A stretch of 64,000 nt of DNA from contig JBOFUV010000097.1 of NCBI GenBank assembly GCA_051652765.1, positions 32,001-96,000 of the forward strand, in the 5' to 3' direction. This document shows, piece after piece, positions 1 through 8,223 of this stretch. The position numbers and the translations under genes were made by a program. This stretch comes from Microcoleaceae cyanobacterium. Its GTDB lineage: Bacteria; Cyanobacteriota; Cyanobacteriia; Cyanobacteriales; Microcoleaceae. Position 1 is the stretch's first letter; each line of letters opens with the position of its first letter. The notes below the pieces were generated by a model. It searched no databases, had not been told where the DNA came from, and worked only from the letters and a program-made list of their open reading frames with translations.

Positions 1-3000
1 AACTCTGCCTCCACTGAATCAACGGTGATTGCTGGACTGAGAGGTTCATCCAAGTGACTATGGCCAACCCCAGGACACTGCCCCGCAAACAGTAACCATT
101 GCTCAAACACCAGAAATCGTCCATCGTTAGGTTCGACCACTTGATAGACTCGAATCCGTTTTTGTTGCTGCCGTTCACACCGCAGGATTTGTAACCCATA
201 GCCTACTTTATTCAACAATCGCCGCACAATTGTGATCGGACTTGAATTTTTAGCCAAGCCTATCCCTAGAACAGATTTAGTGGCAGGGCGATCGCGTAGG
301 GCCAGAGCAGCCAGATGTTGGAGATCGGGGTCAGTATTGCGTAATTCGCGTTCGGGATTTTGGAGCAGCGTTGGGACTCCCAGCAACTCCATTGTGCCGA
401 TCAAAGCCCCAAATTGGGAGCGATTGAAGTCAGGCGTAAAAATATGCCCATCTCCCTGTTCTAGTAATCGTCGTGCCATCAGTGCATCTCGACCCTTCAA
501 ATACGCCCGACCCATGGTGAGAAAATAGTGAATTCGGAGCTGGTCATACCAATCCTGATCATCCTTGACCACTAGGTCAGGGGTGACTAAAATGCCATAG
601 CGGGATTTCAATTCATATTTGCGCTGCGATCGCCGTTCCACCGGGGTCTTGATCAATTGTTTTTGCAGGGTGTAATACTGATAACCACTTAAATCCGGCG
701 CAATCACAATCGCCCGACATTCAGTCTGGTAGTTTTGATCCCGCACGGCGGTCACCATTTCAGCGAGAGTTGGACGAACGGATGGCTTGGTTTGGGATAG
801 ATGACTCGCAACTTCTGGTTTTTGGAGGGCATCTGGGATCACCTCTAGAATTTGATGTCCCTCTGCTGCCAACCCAGATAGAACCGACTCTCGATAACGA
901 CCCATGGCCGCATTAAACCGGACTGCCATCTTTGCCCAGCACCGCAGCGATTCTGCCTGGAAACCTAGTTCCAAATCATCCAGAGCCTCAAAGTCAGATT
1001 GCTGCAACAGCCGAATATTCAGTTGGGTTAATCGATGGCCACACCCGAGTAAGTTTGGCATTGAGGTTGAGCCATTGCCAATAGCATTCAACCCCTTGGG
1101 CGCAACCCAGAGGTAACGGGGGATATTTTCCCGAATTCGTCCTAGGGCTTGACGTACGCTGTTTTCAGCTTGAATCCCTTGGGCAATGCCCCACACCGAA
1201 GTGAAGTGTCCTCGGACATCAATACTTACCCCCGTTTCAACACAGGGAGAAGCCAAAACGATGTCATAATCAGGCAGGATTTGATTTAACTGTTTGATGC
1301 AATCGTAGGCCGGATGGGTTGGGTCAGCCAGGGATTCTGAGTCAATTCGTAGAATTTTTTTTTCCGGGAATTGCGTTTTGAGGTAGGTTTCTAAGGTGCA
1401 GGTGCCCCACTTGCTAGCAATTTTCTGAGCAGAGAGACAAACAAATGGTTTTCCCCCCGCTAGAATATGGTGCTCTAAGTCATTAACGAGCTGTTTGGGG
1501 GCTTTGCCAGAGTAAGGATAGATTGACCAAGCGTCCTCCTGGCCAGGTTTCCAAGTATTTTCTAGAATGAACGGAGCCTGTTCGACTCCCGCTAGGGTTA
1601 ACAAATAATCCAAGGACACATCGCTCAAGTCAGCGTCCGCGACAATGACTTGACCCTGACCCTGACCTCCGAGGGTCTGCTGTAACAGGCTCTTCAGCGA
1701 TTTGAGAATTGCTACCCGCTGACTGCGGCAGGTTTCCCCGTTGAGCCCATGCCAGAGCACCTGTTCAACTTCGTCAATAATCACCAACGCATCTGCCCAG
1801 TTGTCGGGGTTGAAACTGACTCTGGACTCAGGGTGGAGGGAATCAATACAAATGCCATAACCATTGGCTGCCAACTCCTCTGGACTTCTTGTTGCTGGGA
1901 GTTGAGATGGATCGGATGCATCAGCCTCTGATCGGTGATCTCGATAGCTTTTCAAGCCAAGCCGTTGGCAAAGGGCTTCAACCAAACGAACCCGATGACT
2001 GATGACTAACACCCGTTGTCCCTGGCAAATTGCCTGCTGTACCCATTGTTCTAACAGTTGGGTTTTACCTGTACCCTTGGGAGATTTAATCCCTACCAAT
2101 CGGGAGGATACGGGCCGTTCTAGAGCACTTAAGTACCGTTGGTTGACCTGAAGACTGGCGGAGTAGGTCAAACGGTTGAAGGATAAGGCTCGCCAGGTCT
2201 CTAAGGGCAAGGCATTTTCGTAGGCATGGGTAAACGCTTCTGGCCCGTGGTTGGCAATTAGATCATCGACTCCTTTTCCCAAGGTCGGATGCCAGGTGAC
2301 AACGTTCACATCACAGCCTTGAGCGTTGAGCAAGTAGCCCAGTTGTAGAATGGCTGCATCTACAGCCTTAACGGTTTGGAGCTTGGGATCTTGGTCAAAG
2401 ACGATGTAAACCTTGCGGTTCGATACGGCCAGTTTCTGTAGCTGAGGAATCAGGCGAGATTTGCCCATCCGGTTGCCCCAGGAGTCTTTGGGAACTCGAT
2501 ACCCGCTATTAACTCCCGGCAAAGCGATCGCTGCATATCCTGCAGTCAGTAATGCGCCTGCTTTCTTCGCGCCCTCAGTAATGCACAGGGGCACTTCGGG
2601 ATGGTTGACGACCCAGTCCCAGAATCCTAAATCTGGACAGTGGGACTGAACCTGTTGAGTGACCAAAGGCAACTTGTACCGTTGGGCAATTTGTTGCCAA
2701 ATCGGTTCAGTCACCTTCAGGGCAAAGACTCCCGTTGAGGCTTGGGGGGGATGTTCGTACTTGATTACCTTTTGGCGATCTGGATCGAGACGAGGATGCG
2801 TAGGCTTGAAACAGCCCCAGGGATCTTCGGCTCCGGTCAGGACATCTACCCCAGAACACCACCAACCCCCGTCAAAGACGTGCTGATAGCGAGTCAGCAC
2901 TGAACTCGAGATGCGGCCATCATTGCGGCGGGGCAAGGTGTTCGCATACAACAAATAATTTAACGGGCGATCGCCTTCGAGAGCAGTAACATTGAGAAGG

Positions 3001-3050
3001 GTGAGCTGCTGATCAACGCAGCTCGCATTCCATTCGATAAGGTGATTCAT
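1..3050 (-). CDS. CyRepA1-family replication protein (DUF3854/TOPRIM-like primase domain fused to SF2-like origin-binding helicase), 3' end outside window
   Basis: Not in ORF track. Manual translation from ATG at 3050: MNHLIEWNASCVD..GGWWCSGVD..WGCFKP..KYEHP..CITEGAKKAGALL..VFDQD..KGVDD..SPKGTGKT (Walker A, ~2061-2084)..IIDEVEQV (Walker B, ~1760-1781)..SPCVETGVSID..QALGRIR..RVYQ..DGR..VFEQW. Frame spot-checked as consistent at 3050, 2063, 1775, 1220 and 5. Confidence 0.9.
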   Translation of the reverse strand, partial: MNHLIEWNASCVDQQLTLLNVTALEGDRPLNYLLYANTLPRRNDGRISSSVLTRYQHVFDGGWWCSGVDVLTGAEDPWGCFKPTHPRLDPDRQKVIKYEHPPQASTGVFALKVTEPIWQQIAQRYKLPLVTQQVQSHCPDLGFWDWVVNHPEVPLCITEGAKKAGALLTAGYAAIALPGVNSGYRVPKDSWGNRMGKSRLIPQLQKLAVSNRKVYIVFDQDPKLQTVKAVDAAILQLGYLLNAQGCDVNVVTWHPTLGKGVDDLIANHGPEAFTHAYENALPLETWRALSFNRLTYSASLQVNQRYLSALERPVSSRLVGIKSPKGTGKTQLLEQWVQQAICQGQRVLVISHRVRLVEALCQRLGLKSYRDHRSEADASDPSQLPATRSPEELAANGYGICIDSLHPESRVSFNPDNWADALVIIDEVEQVLWHGLNGETCRSQRVAILKSLKSLLQQTLGGQGQGQVIVADADLSDVSLDYLLTLAGVEQAPFILENTWKPGQEDAWSIYPYSGKAPKQLVNDLEHHILAGGKPFVCLSAQKIASKWGTCTLETYLKTQFPEKKILRIDSESLADPTHPAYDCIKQLNQILPDYDIVLASPCVETGVSIDVRGHFTSVWGIAQGIQAENSVRQALGRIRENIPRYLWVAPKGLNAIGNGSTSMPNLLGCGHRLTQLNIRLLQQSDFEALDDLELGFQAESLRCWAKMAVRFNAAMGRYRESVLSGLAAEGHQILEVIPDALQKPEVASHLSQTKPSVRPTLAEMVTAVRDQNYQTECRAIVIAPDLSGYQYYTLQKQLIKTPVERRSQRKYELKSRYGILVTPDLVVKDDQDWYDQLRIHYFLTMGRAYLKGRDALMARRLLEQGDGHIFTPDFNRSQFGALIGTMELLGVPTLLQNPERELRNTDPDLQHLAALALRDRPATKSVLGIGLAKNSSPITIVRRLLNKVGYGLQILRCERQQQKRIRVYQVVEPNDGRFLVFEQWLLFAGQCPGVGHSHLDEPLSPAITVDSVEAE

Positions 3051-3053
3051 AAT

Positions 3054-3142
3054 TCTCCAGATTTAGTGTGCTGGACTTTTAGGATACACCATATCTAGTG
3101 GTAGTAGTGTCAAATGACAAACTTTAACACTGTATCTAGTGT
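3054..3142. promoter_or_regulatory. three NrdR-box-like 16-bp imperfect palindromes
   Basis: TCTCCAGATTTAGTGT (3054-3069), ACACCATATCTAGTGG (3086-3101), ACACTGTATCTAGTGT (3127-3142). They resemble the NrdR consensus acaCwAtATaTwGtgt; start-to-start spacing is 32 and 41 bp. Confidence 0.7.
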
Positions 3143-3195
3143 GTTGATTTTAGATACAATATTTATTCGGATTAAGCTCCTCGGTATGAATTTCC

Positions 3196-3263
3196 TGGGG
3201 ACGTTAGCTTTTTAGTCTTCAAGCTGCCTTCCGACGCTGTAGCTTGGAACTAAAGTGACCCCA
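3196..3263 (+). other. long imperfect RNA hairpin, possible ncRNA or leader structure
   Basis: TGGGG..GTTA..TTTAGT.TTCAAGCTGC pairs with GTAGCTTGGA.ACTAAA..TGAC.CCCA; several G-U pairs favour the + strand. Confidence 0.4.
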
Positions 3264-3404
3264 CATTCAGTCCTTCTTAGCGGCAGGGAGATATGAAATG
3301 CTGTTCTTCCATACTTCCTAAAAGTACAGAGCGCTTTATGATGTAGACAGCAAAATGGCACGTCAATGTCTGTACTTGCACAACAATTTTTGGAGGAGAG
3401 TCAG

Positions 3405-4133
3405 ATGCAAACCCTGATGTTTGATTACGCAAATTTGCCTTATGGTTCAGGCGGAAATGAGCCTGGGCGCAATCGCTTTAATTGGCGGTATGAAATGCTT
3501 TTTACCCGGAATCAACAGTTAATTAAAGATAAGGTGATTTTAGACTTAGCTTGTAATAATGGACGACTGTCTTACCCTTGTCTGGCACTTGGGGCCAAAA
3601 AAGTAATTGGAGTTGAAGCAAGGCAAGAGTTAATTGAAATGGGCAGAGAGTACCTAGAAGGGACTGAGTTTAAGGACAAAATGGAGTTTGTACAAGCAGA
3701 TCTATTTGAGTATTTATCATCTGCAACAAAAGGCCAGTTTGATTTAATTTTATGTTGTGGTTTTTTGTATCATACTGTAAGACAAGTCGATTTTTTCAGA
3801 CTGGCTAAGCAACTGGCTCCAGAACATATAATTATTGATACTAATGTTGCTAAAAACTATTTATGGTATGGGCTAAAAAACTTTTTGAAAAAGCCTCCTA
3901 TGTTGTACATGATTATAGAGAATTCCGAAAAGACAAGTGATACGACTGATGAAGACGGAATTGCATTTTGGCCAAGCTGTTCATTCCTAGAATCAATGTT
4001 TGATACGATTGGGTATGATCATCATCAGATAAAATATAGTTCAAGGGAAATTAAAGATTGGTCAGGAATGAGTGATTATAGAAAAGGATATAGAGTTTCC
4101 TATGTAGCGCATCAGAGAAAAGGCAACATTTAG
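3405..4133 (+). CDS. class I SAM-dependent methyltransferase
   Basis: ILDLACNNG motif [29 protein letters not shown] before ATG 3405 (track start 3366). Confidence 0.8.
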   Translation: MQTLMFDYANLPYGSGGNEPGRNRFNWRYEMLFTRNQQLIKDKVILDLACNNGRLSYPCLALGAKKVIGVEARQELIEMGREYLEGTEFKDKMEFVQADLFEYLSSATKGQFDLILCCGFLYHTVRQVDFFRLAKQLAPEHIIIDTNVAKNYLWYGLKNFLKKPPMLYMIIENSEKTSDTTDEDGIAFWPSCSFLESMFDTIGYDHHQIKYSSREIKDWSGMSDYRKGYRVSYVAHQRKGNI

Positions 4134-4146
4134 GAATGTATTAAAA

Positions 4147-4821
4147 ATGACCGCACGTATTTTGCTCGTTGAAGATGAAGCTGCCCTCGCTCAATTTCTT
4201 AAACAAGAGTTGAGTTATGAAGGGTATGAAGTGAGTGTTGAGCAAGATGGAATGAATGGGTTGGTGGCGGCACGGGAGTCTAACCCGGATTTAATTATTT
4301 TGGATTGGATGCTGCCTCGATTGTCGGGGGTAGAAATTTGTCGGCGGTTGCGTTCGAGTCATAGCACTGTGCCGATCATCTTACTGACCGCCAAGGATGA
4401 AGTGATCGATCGGGTGTCTGGGTTGGATTCTGGGGCAGATGATTATATTGTGAAACCCTTTAGCTTGGAGGAATTCCTAGCGCGAGTTCGGGCTCACATT
4501 CGTCGTCTGCAAGACCCTAACCCTGATTTATTACAGTTTGATGACTTGACTCTCAATCGCCGCACCCGAGAAGTCCATCGTGCAAGTCGAGGGATTGAAC
4601 TGACTGCAAAAGAATTTGATTTGTTGGAATATTTGATGACTCATCCTCGACAAGTTTTGACCCGTGATCAAATTTTAGAAAAAGTTTGGGGGTATGATTT
4701 TATGGGGGATTCCAATATTATTGAAGTTTACGTTCGGTATCTGCGGTTGAAACTCGAAGCTGAAAGTGAGACGCGACTAATCCAAACTGTTCGCAGTGTG
4801 GGCTATGTCCTACGAGAATAA
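4147..4821 (+). CDS. OmpR-family response regulator
   Basis: [31 protein letters not shown] receiver domain plus winged-helix [18 protein letters not shown]. Confidence 0.95.
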   Translation: MTARILLVEDEAALAQFLKQELSYEGYEVSVEQDGMNGLVAARESNPDLIILDWMLPRLSGVEICRRLRSSHSTVPIILLTAKDEVIDRVSGLDSGADDYIVKPFSLEEFLARVRAHIRRLQDPNPDLLQFDDLTLNRRTREVHRASRGIELTAKEFDLLEYLMTHPRQVLTRDQILEKVWGYDFMGDSNIIEVYVRYLRLKLEAESETRLIQTVRSVGYVLRE

Positions 4822-4904
4822 TGTTGAAGTAACATTACTTAAAACTAATAACATTAGATAACGTTAGATAACTTTGAAATAACTTTAAACTGCTCTGCCG
4901 ACTC

Positions 4905-5537
4905 ATGAATGATGTCCGCCAATTTGCTCCAGCAACTGAACGAAATCGTCAACCCATTTTAGCGGTCTTAAACCGAGTGCTCCCTCCAACCGGAACTGTC
5001 CTAGAAATTGCTAGCGGCACAGGCCAACATGGAGTCTTTTTTGCCTCCCACTTACCCTCTCTACGTTGGCTACCTTCGGATTTCAATCCTCAGAATCGAG
5101 TGAGTATTCGAGCTTGGCAAAGCTATGAACCGGCGGAGAATCTGCTGCCCCCCATTGATTTAGATGCTAGTTCCCCAGTTTGGCCTGTTGAAACTGCGGA
5201 ATTTCTTAGCTCACATCTCCTACCAATTACAGCAATTGTTAATATCAACATGATTCATATTTCCCCCTGGTCAGTGTGTTTGGGGCTCATGTCTGGAGCC
5301 CAGCGCATATTGTCTTCTGGTGGGATTCTCTACCTCTACGGCCCGTTTAAACAGGATGGAGAACATACCGCTCCTAGCAACGCGGCTTTTGATCAGTCTC
5401 TCCAAGCTCAGAACCCGGAGTGGGGAGTCCGTGACTTGAATGAAGTCGTTGCCGTTGCTCAGGAAAAGCAGTTGAAGTTACTGGAAGTGATCCCAATGCC
5501 AGCGAATAATTTGTCAGTTATCTTTCAGAAGGTTTAA
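4905..5537 (+). CDS. DUF938 family SAM-dependent methyltransferase
   Basis: APATERNRQPIL, VLEIASGTGQH, INMIHISPW, YGPF..SNAAFD..WGVRD, MPANN. Confidence 0.9.
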   Translation: MNDVRQFAPATERNRQPILAVLNRVLPPTGTVLEIASGTGQHGVFFASHLPSLRWLPSDFNPQNRVSIRAWQSYEPAENLLPPIDLDASSPVWPVETAEFLSSHLLPITAIVNINMIHISPWSVCLGLMSGAQRILSSGGILYLYGPFKQDGEHTAPSNAAFDQSLQAQNPEWGVRDLNEVVAVAQEKQLKLLEVIPMPANNLSVIFQKV

Positions 5538-5562
5538 GCTTCAATCGTTCAGTGATGCTTGT

Positions 5563-5970
5563 ATGAATCAATATCGGTTTTATCTTTTGCTTAGTTTGAT
5601 TGTCATTACTATCCTGGGCTTTACCACCAAGTTCTACCGAGGATCGTTTGAAAAATCGTTTGAAAATTGGATCAATAATTCTTTTTCGTCAATTTTCTAT
5701 GAACTGTTCTGGGTGTTTCTAGTGATTTTGATTTGGCCTCGATTTGATCTAAGAAAAGTTGTAATTGGGGTATTGATGATCACTTCGGGTTTGGAGATCT
5801 TACAGTTGTGGAACCCTCCCATTTTAGCTGCCATCCGAGCAACGTTAATAGGACGATTATTCCTGGGGACAACTTTTTCTGCCTGGGATTTTCTATACTA
5901 TGGTATTGGGTGTGCGATCGCATGGTGGTGTCTTCAGCAGTTAAAGTCTAGAGTCATAAGAGTTGAGTAA
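5563..5970 (+). CDS. DUF2809 family membrane protein
   Basis: Hydrophobic; [23 protein letters not shown] motif. Confidence 0.75.
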   Translation: MNQYRFYLLLSLIVITILGFTTKFYRGSFEKSFENWINNSFSSIFYELFWVFLVILIWPRFDLRKVVIGVLMITSGLEILQLWNPPILAAIRATLIGRLFLGTTFSAWDFLYYGIGCAIAWWCLQQLKSRVIRVE

Positions 5971-5972
5971 TC

Positions 5973-6449
5973 ATGGACAGCAGTCATTTGGCAACAGCAA
6001 CCTTTGGAGCAGGATGTTTTTGGGGTATCGAAGCGGCTTTTCGCCGAGTTCAAGGAGTTGCTTCAACTTCAGTGGGTTATATGGGGGGACACTTCCCAAA
6101 TCCTTGCTATCTCGATGTTTGTGCCCGCATTACAGGTCATGCTGAGGTAGTGCAGGTTCAGTACAATCCTCAACAGGTTTCTTATGAGGAGCTATTGGCT
6201 GTTTTCTGGAAAATTCATGACCCAACGTCCCTCAATCGTCAGGGGCCGGATCGGGGAGATCAGTACCGTTCTGTGATTTTTTATCACACTTCTGAACAGG
6301 ACAGAATTGCTCGACTTTCCAAGTTTCAGCAGCAGGCTTCCGGTCAGTATGACCAAGAGATTGTGACTGAACTGAACCCCGCATCTGATTACTATTTGGC
6401 AGAGGAATATCATCAGCAATACTATGACAAAAAAGAGATTAAAAAGTAG
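5973..6449 (+). CDS. msrA: peptide-methionine (S)-S-oxide reductase
   Basis: GCFWG catalytic motif, [29 protein letters not shown]. Confidence 0.95.
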   Translation: MDSSHLATATFGAGCFWGIEAAFRRVQGVASTSVGYMGGHFPNPCYLDVCARITGHAEVVQVQYNPQQVSYEELLAVFWKIHDPTSLNRQGPDRGDQYRSVIFYHTSEQDRIARLSKFQQQASGQYDQEIVTELNPASDYYLAEEYHQQYYDKKEIKK

Positions 6450-6542
6450 TTCTTAGTCTCTTTAAGTGTCACTTTCAAGGGTTACTTTCAAGGCTTACTC
6501 TTAAGTAATTAAAGTATTTTAATTTTTTTAGAAGTTAAATTC

Positions 6543-7361
6543 ATGGGATATTCAGTCGAAGTTAGTCAGGACAACTTTCAAACAGAAGTCATCGAAAAGT
6601 CCTACGAAGTACTTGTAGTGGTGGATTTTTTTGCAACTTGGTGCGGCCCTTGTCAAATTCTCAAACCAATTTTGGAGAAGTTGGTTAAAGAGTATAATTT
6701 TGTACTAGCCAAAGTTGATATTGATCATAATCCAAATTTGGCAAATGCTTACAAAATTGAGGGTGTTCCTGATGTTCGAATAGTTCACCAAGGTGAAGTA
6801 ATGCCAGGGTTTGTAGGGGTTTTGCCAGAGCTAGACCTACGGCAACTTTTGAATAAGCTTGGGCTAAATTCTGCCTACGAGGTGGGCTTGGAATCAATAG
6901 AAGAAGCGATCGCCTGCCATGATCTGGAACAAGCTAAGACCCTATTCAATCAACTCTTAACTGAGTATCCAGATCGACCAGAGTTAGTTTTAAAGGCAGC
7001 TAAATTCTTCCTGGACTCCGATCAGCCTGAAGTTGCAGATCAGTTGCTCGCTGAAATTCGTGCTGATCAACGCGAATTTTATCCCCAAGCTCAAGCGCTC
7101 AAACAGATCGCATTATTTCAGCATGAAATCAAGCATCCTGGGGACAATGAGATCGATCAAAATTATGCTCAAGCGTGCCATTTTATCCTGACTAAAAACT
7201 ATGAAGCTGCCCTTGATTTATTGCTAAAAATCGTTAGTCAAGATCGCAAGTACAAAGAAGATGGAGCGAGGAAAGCGATGTTGACTGTGTTTGAATTGTT
7301 GGGCAGTGAGCATCCTCTTACAAAGCAATACCGCCAACAGTTGATGCTTCAGTTATACTAG
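6543..7361 (+). CDS. thioredoxin-TPR chaperedoxin (CnoX/YbbN-like)
   Basis: DFFATWCGPC thioredoxin motif; C-terminal TPR-like region ending ARKAMLTVFELLG..YRQQL..LY. Confidence 0.85.
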   Translation: MGYSVEVSQDNFQTEVIEKSYEVLVVVDFFATWCGPCQILKPILEKLVKEYNFVLAKVDIDHNPNLANAYKIEGVPDVRIVHQGEVMPGFVGVLPELDLRQLLNKLGLNSAYEVGLESIEEAIACHDLEQAKTLFNQLLTEYPDRPELVLKAAKFFLDSDQPEVADQLLAEIRADQREFYPQAQALKQIALFQHEIKHPGDNEIDQNYAQACHFILTKNYEAALDLLLKIVSQDRKYKEDGARKAMLTVFELLGSEHPLTKQYRQQLMLQLY

Positions 7362-7423
7362 AAATAGATTGCATTTTAGAACAAACTTGAAGAGCAAAGG
7401 TGCACTGTACCCTATAGGTTAAT

Positions 7424-7969
7424 ATGAGCAAGGCTCTATTTATTTTGACTGAGCTGACTGATCGGGATATTGATTGGATCATTGTTCATAGCAATCGAGA
7501 GCTTGTTTCTGCGGGTACAGTCTTGATTCATGAGGGTCAACCAATTACTGCTCTTTATATTTTGTTAGAAGGAACTCTGAGTGTTTCCGTGGCTGCGGTT
7601 GATAATCAAGAAATCAGTCGAATCAGTCAAGGTGAAGTTTTAGGAGAAATGTCATTTATTGATGGACGTTTACCGTCAGCAACGGTAACTGCCCTTGAAG
7701 ATTCCTTAATTCTTGGAATTCCTCGGCCAAAGTTAGCAGAAAAGATGGATCAAGACATGTTGTTTTCTTTGCGGTTTTATAGGGCAGTCACAAAGTTTTT
7801 GTCCTCTCGTTTGCGGAGTACGAATACGTTTGCTCAGAACACTCAAAATCCATCCTCAAATCAGAACGCTGCAACTCAAGCTACAAGTCTGGAGGAAGAT
7901 ACAAAGCTACAACAACAACTCATGCGCTTCAATACAATTCTAGAACGGTTGAAAGTCGGGAAGTCGTAA
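7424..7969 (+). CDS. cyclic nucleotide-binding domain protein
   Basis: LIHEGQ..LYILLEG.L.V..GEVLGEMSFIDGRLPSATV cNMP-binding fold; no HTH seen. Confidence 0.85.
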   Translation: MSKALFILTELTDRDIDWIIVHSNRELVSAGTVLIHEGQPITALYILLEGTLSVSVAAVDNQEISRISQGEVLGEMSFIDGRLPSATVTALEDSLILGIPRPKLAEKMDQDMLFSLRFYRAVTKFLSSRLRSTNTFAQNTQNPSSNQNAATQATSLEEDTKLQQQLMRFNTILERLKVGKS

Positions 7970-8028
7970 CCGTTCTGCCTACCTATCTTCCTTTGTGAGC
8001 GATCCATTACGCAGATTCTGTCCAATAC

Positions 8029-8075
8029 CTTATTCCCCAATCTTCTCTCTATTCGGGAGGAGATTGGGGAATAAG
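8029..8075. terminator. strong hairpin between convergent genes
   Basis: CTTATTCCCCAATCTTC ... GGAGATTGGGGAATAAG inverted repeat. Confidence 0.5.
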
Positions 8076-8223
8076 AGAACGCCCTGTTGGCTATACGTTT
8101 CACCTATTTGCGCTAACGCATAGTCTTGGTGAGGGGAGGCAGTCAGGAGTGACCTAAAGCCGTGTCGCTTCCAGAACTGCATCTAGCATGATTTCTGGAA
8201 GGAGGCAGGAGGGCAACACATCA

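Noticed and set aside
232..2886. Five short + strand ORFs in the track
   Set aside because: Shadow ORFs antisense to the CyRepA1 gene; the many other small ORFs overlapping recognised genes were dismissed likewise.
3154..3169. Possible fourth NrdR box ATACAATATTTATTCG
   Set aside because: Weak right half and 27-bp spacing is off helical phase.
3221..3243. SRP-RNA-like CAGCGTCGGAAGGCAGC on the minus strand
   Set aside because: Does not match the CAGG..CCGGAAGG.AGCAGC helix-8 pattern and flanking helices do not fit.
1..4133. Prophage or integrated plasmid
   Set aside because: No integrase, att-like repeat, partition or phage genes on the visible side; the left flank is outside the window, so it is not fully excluded.
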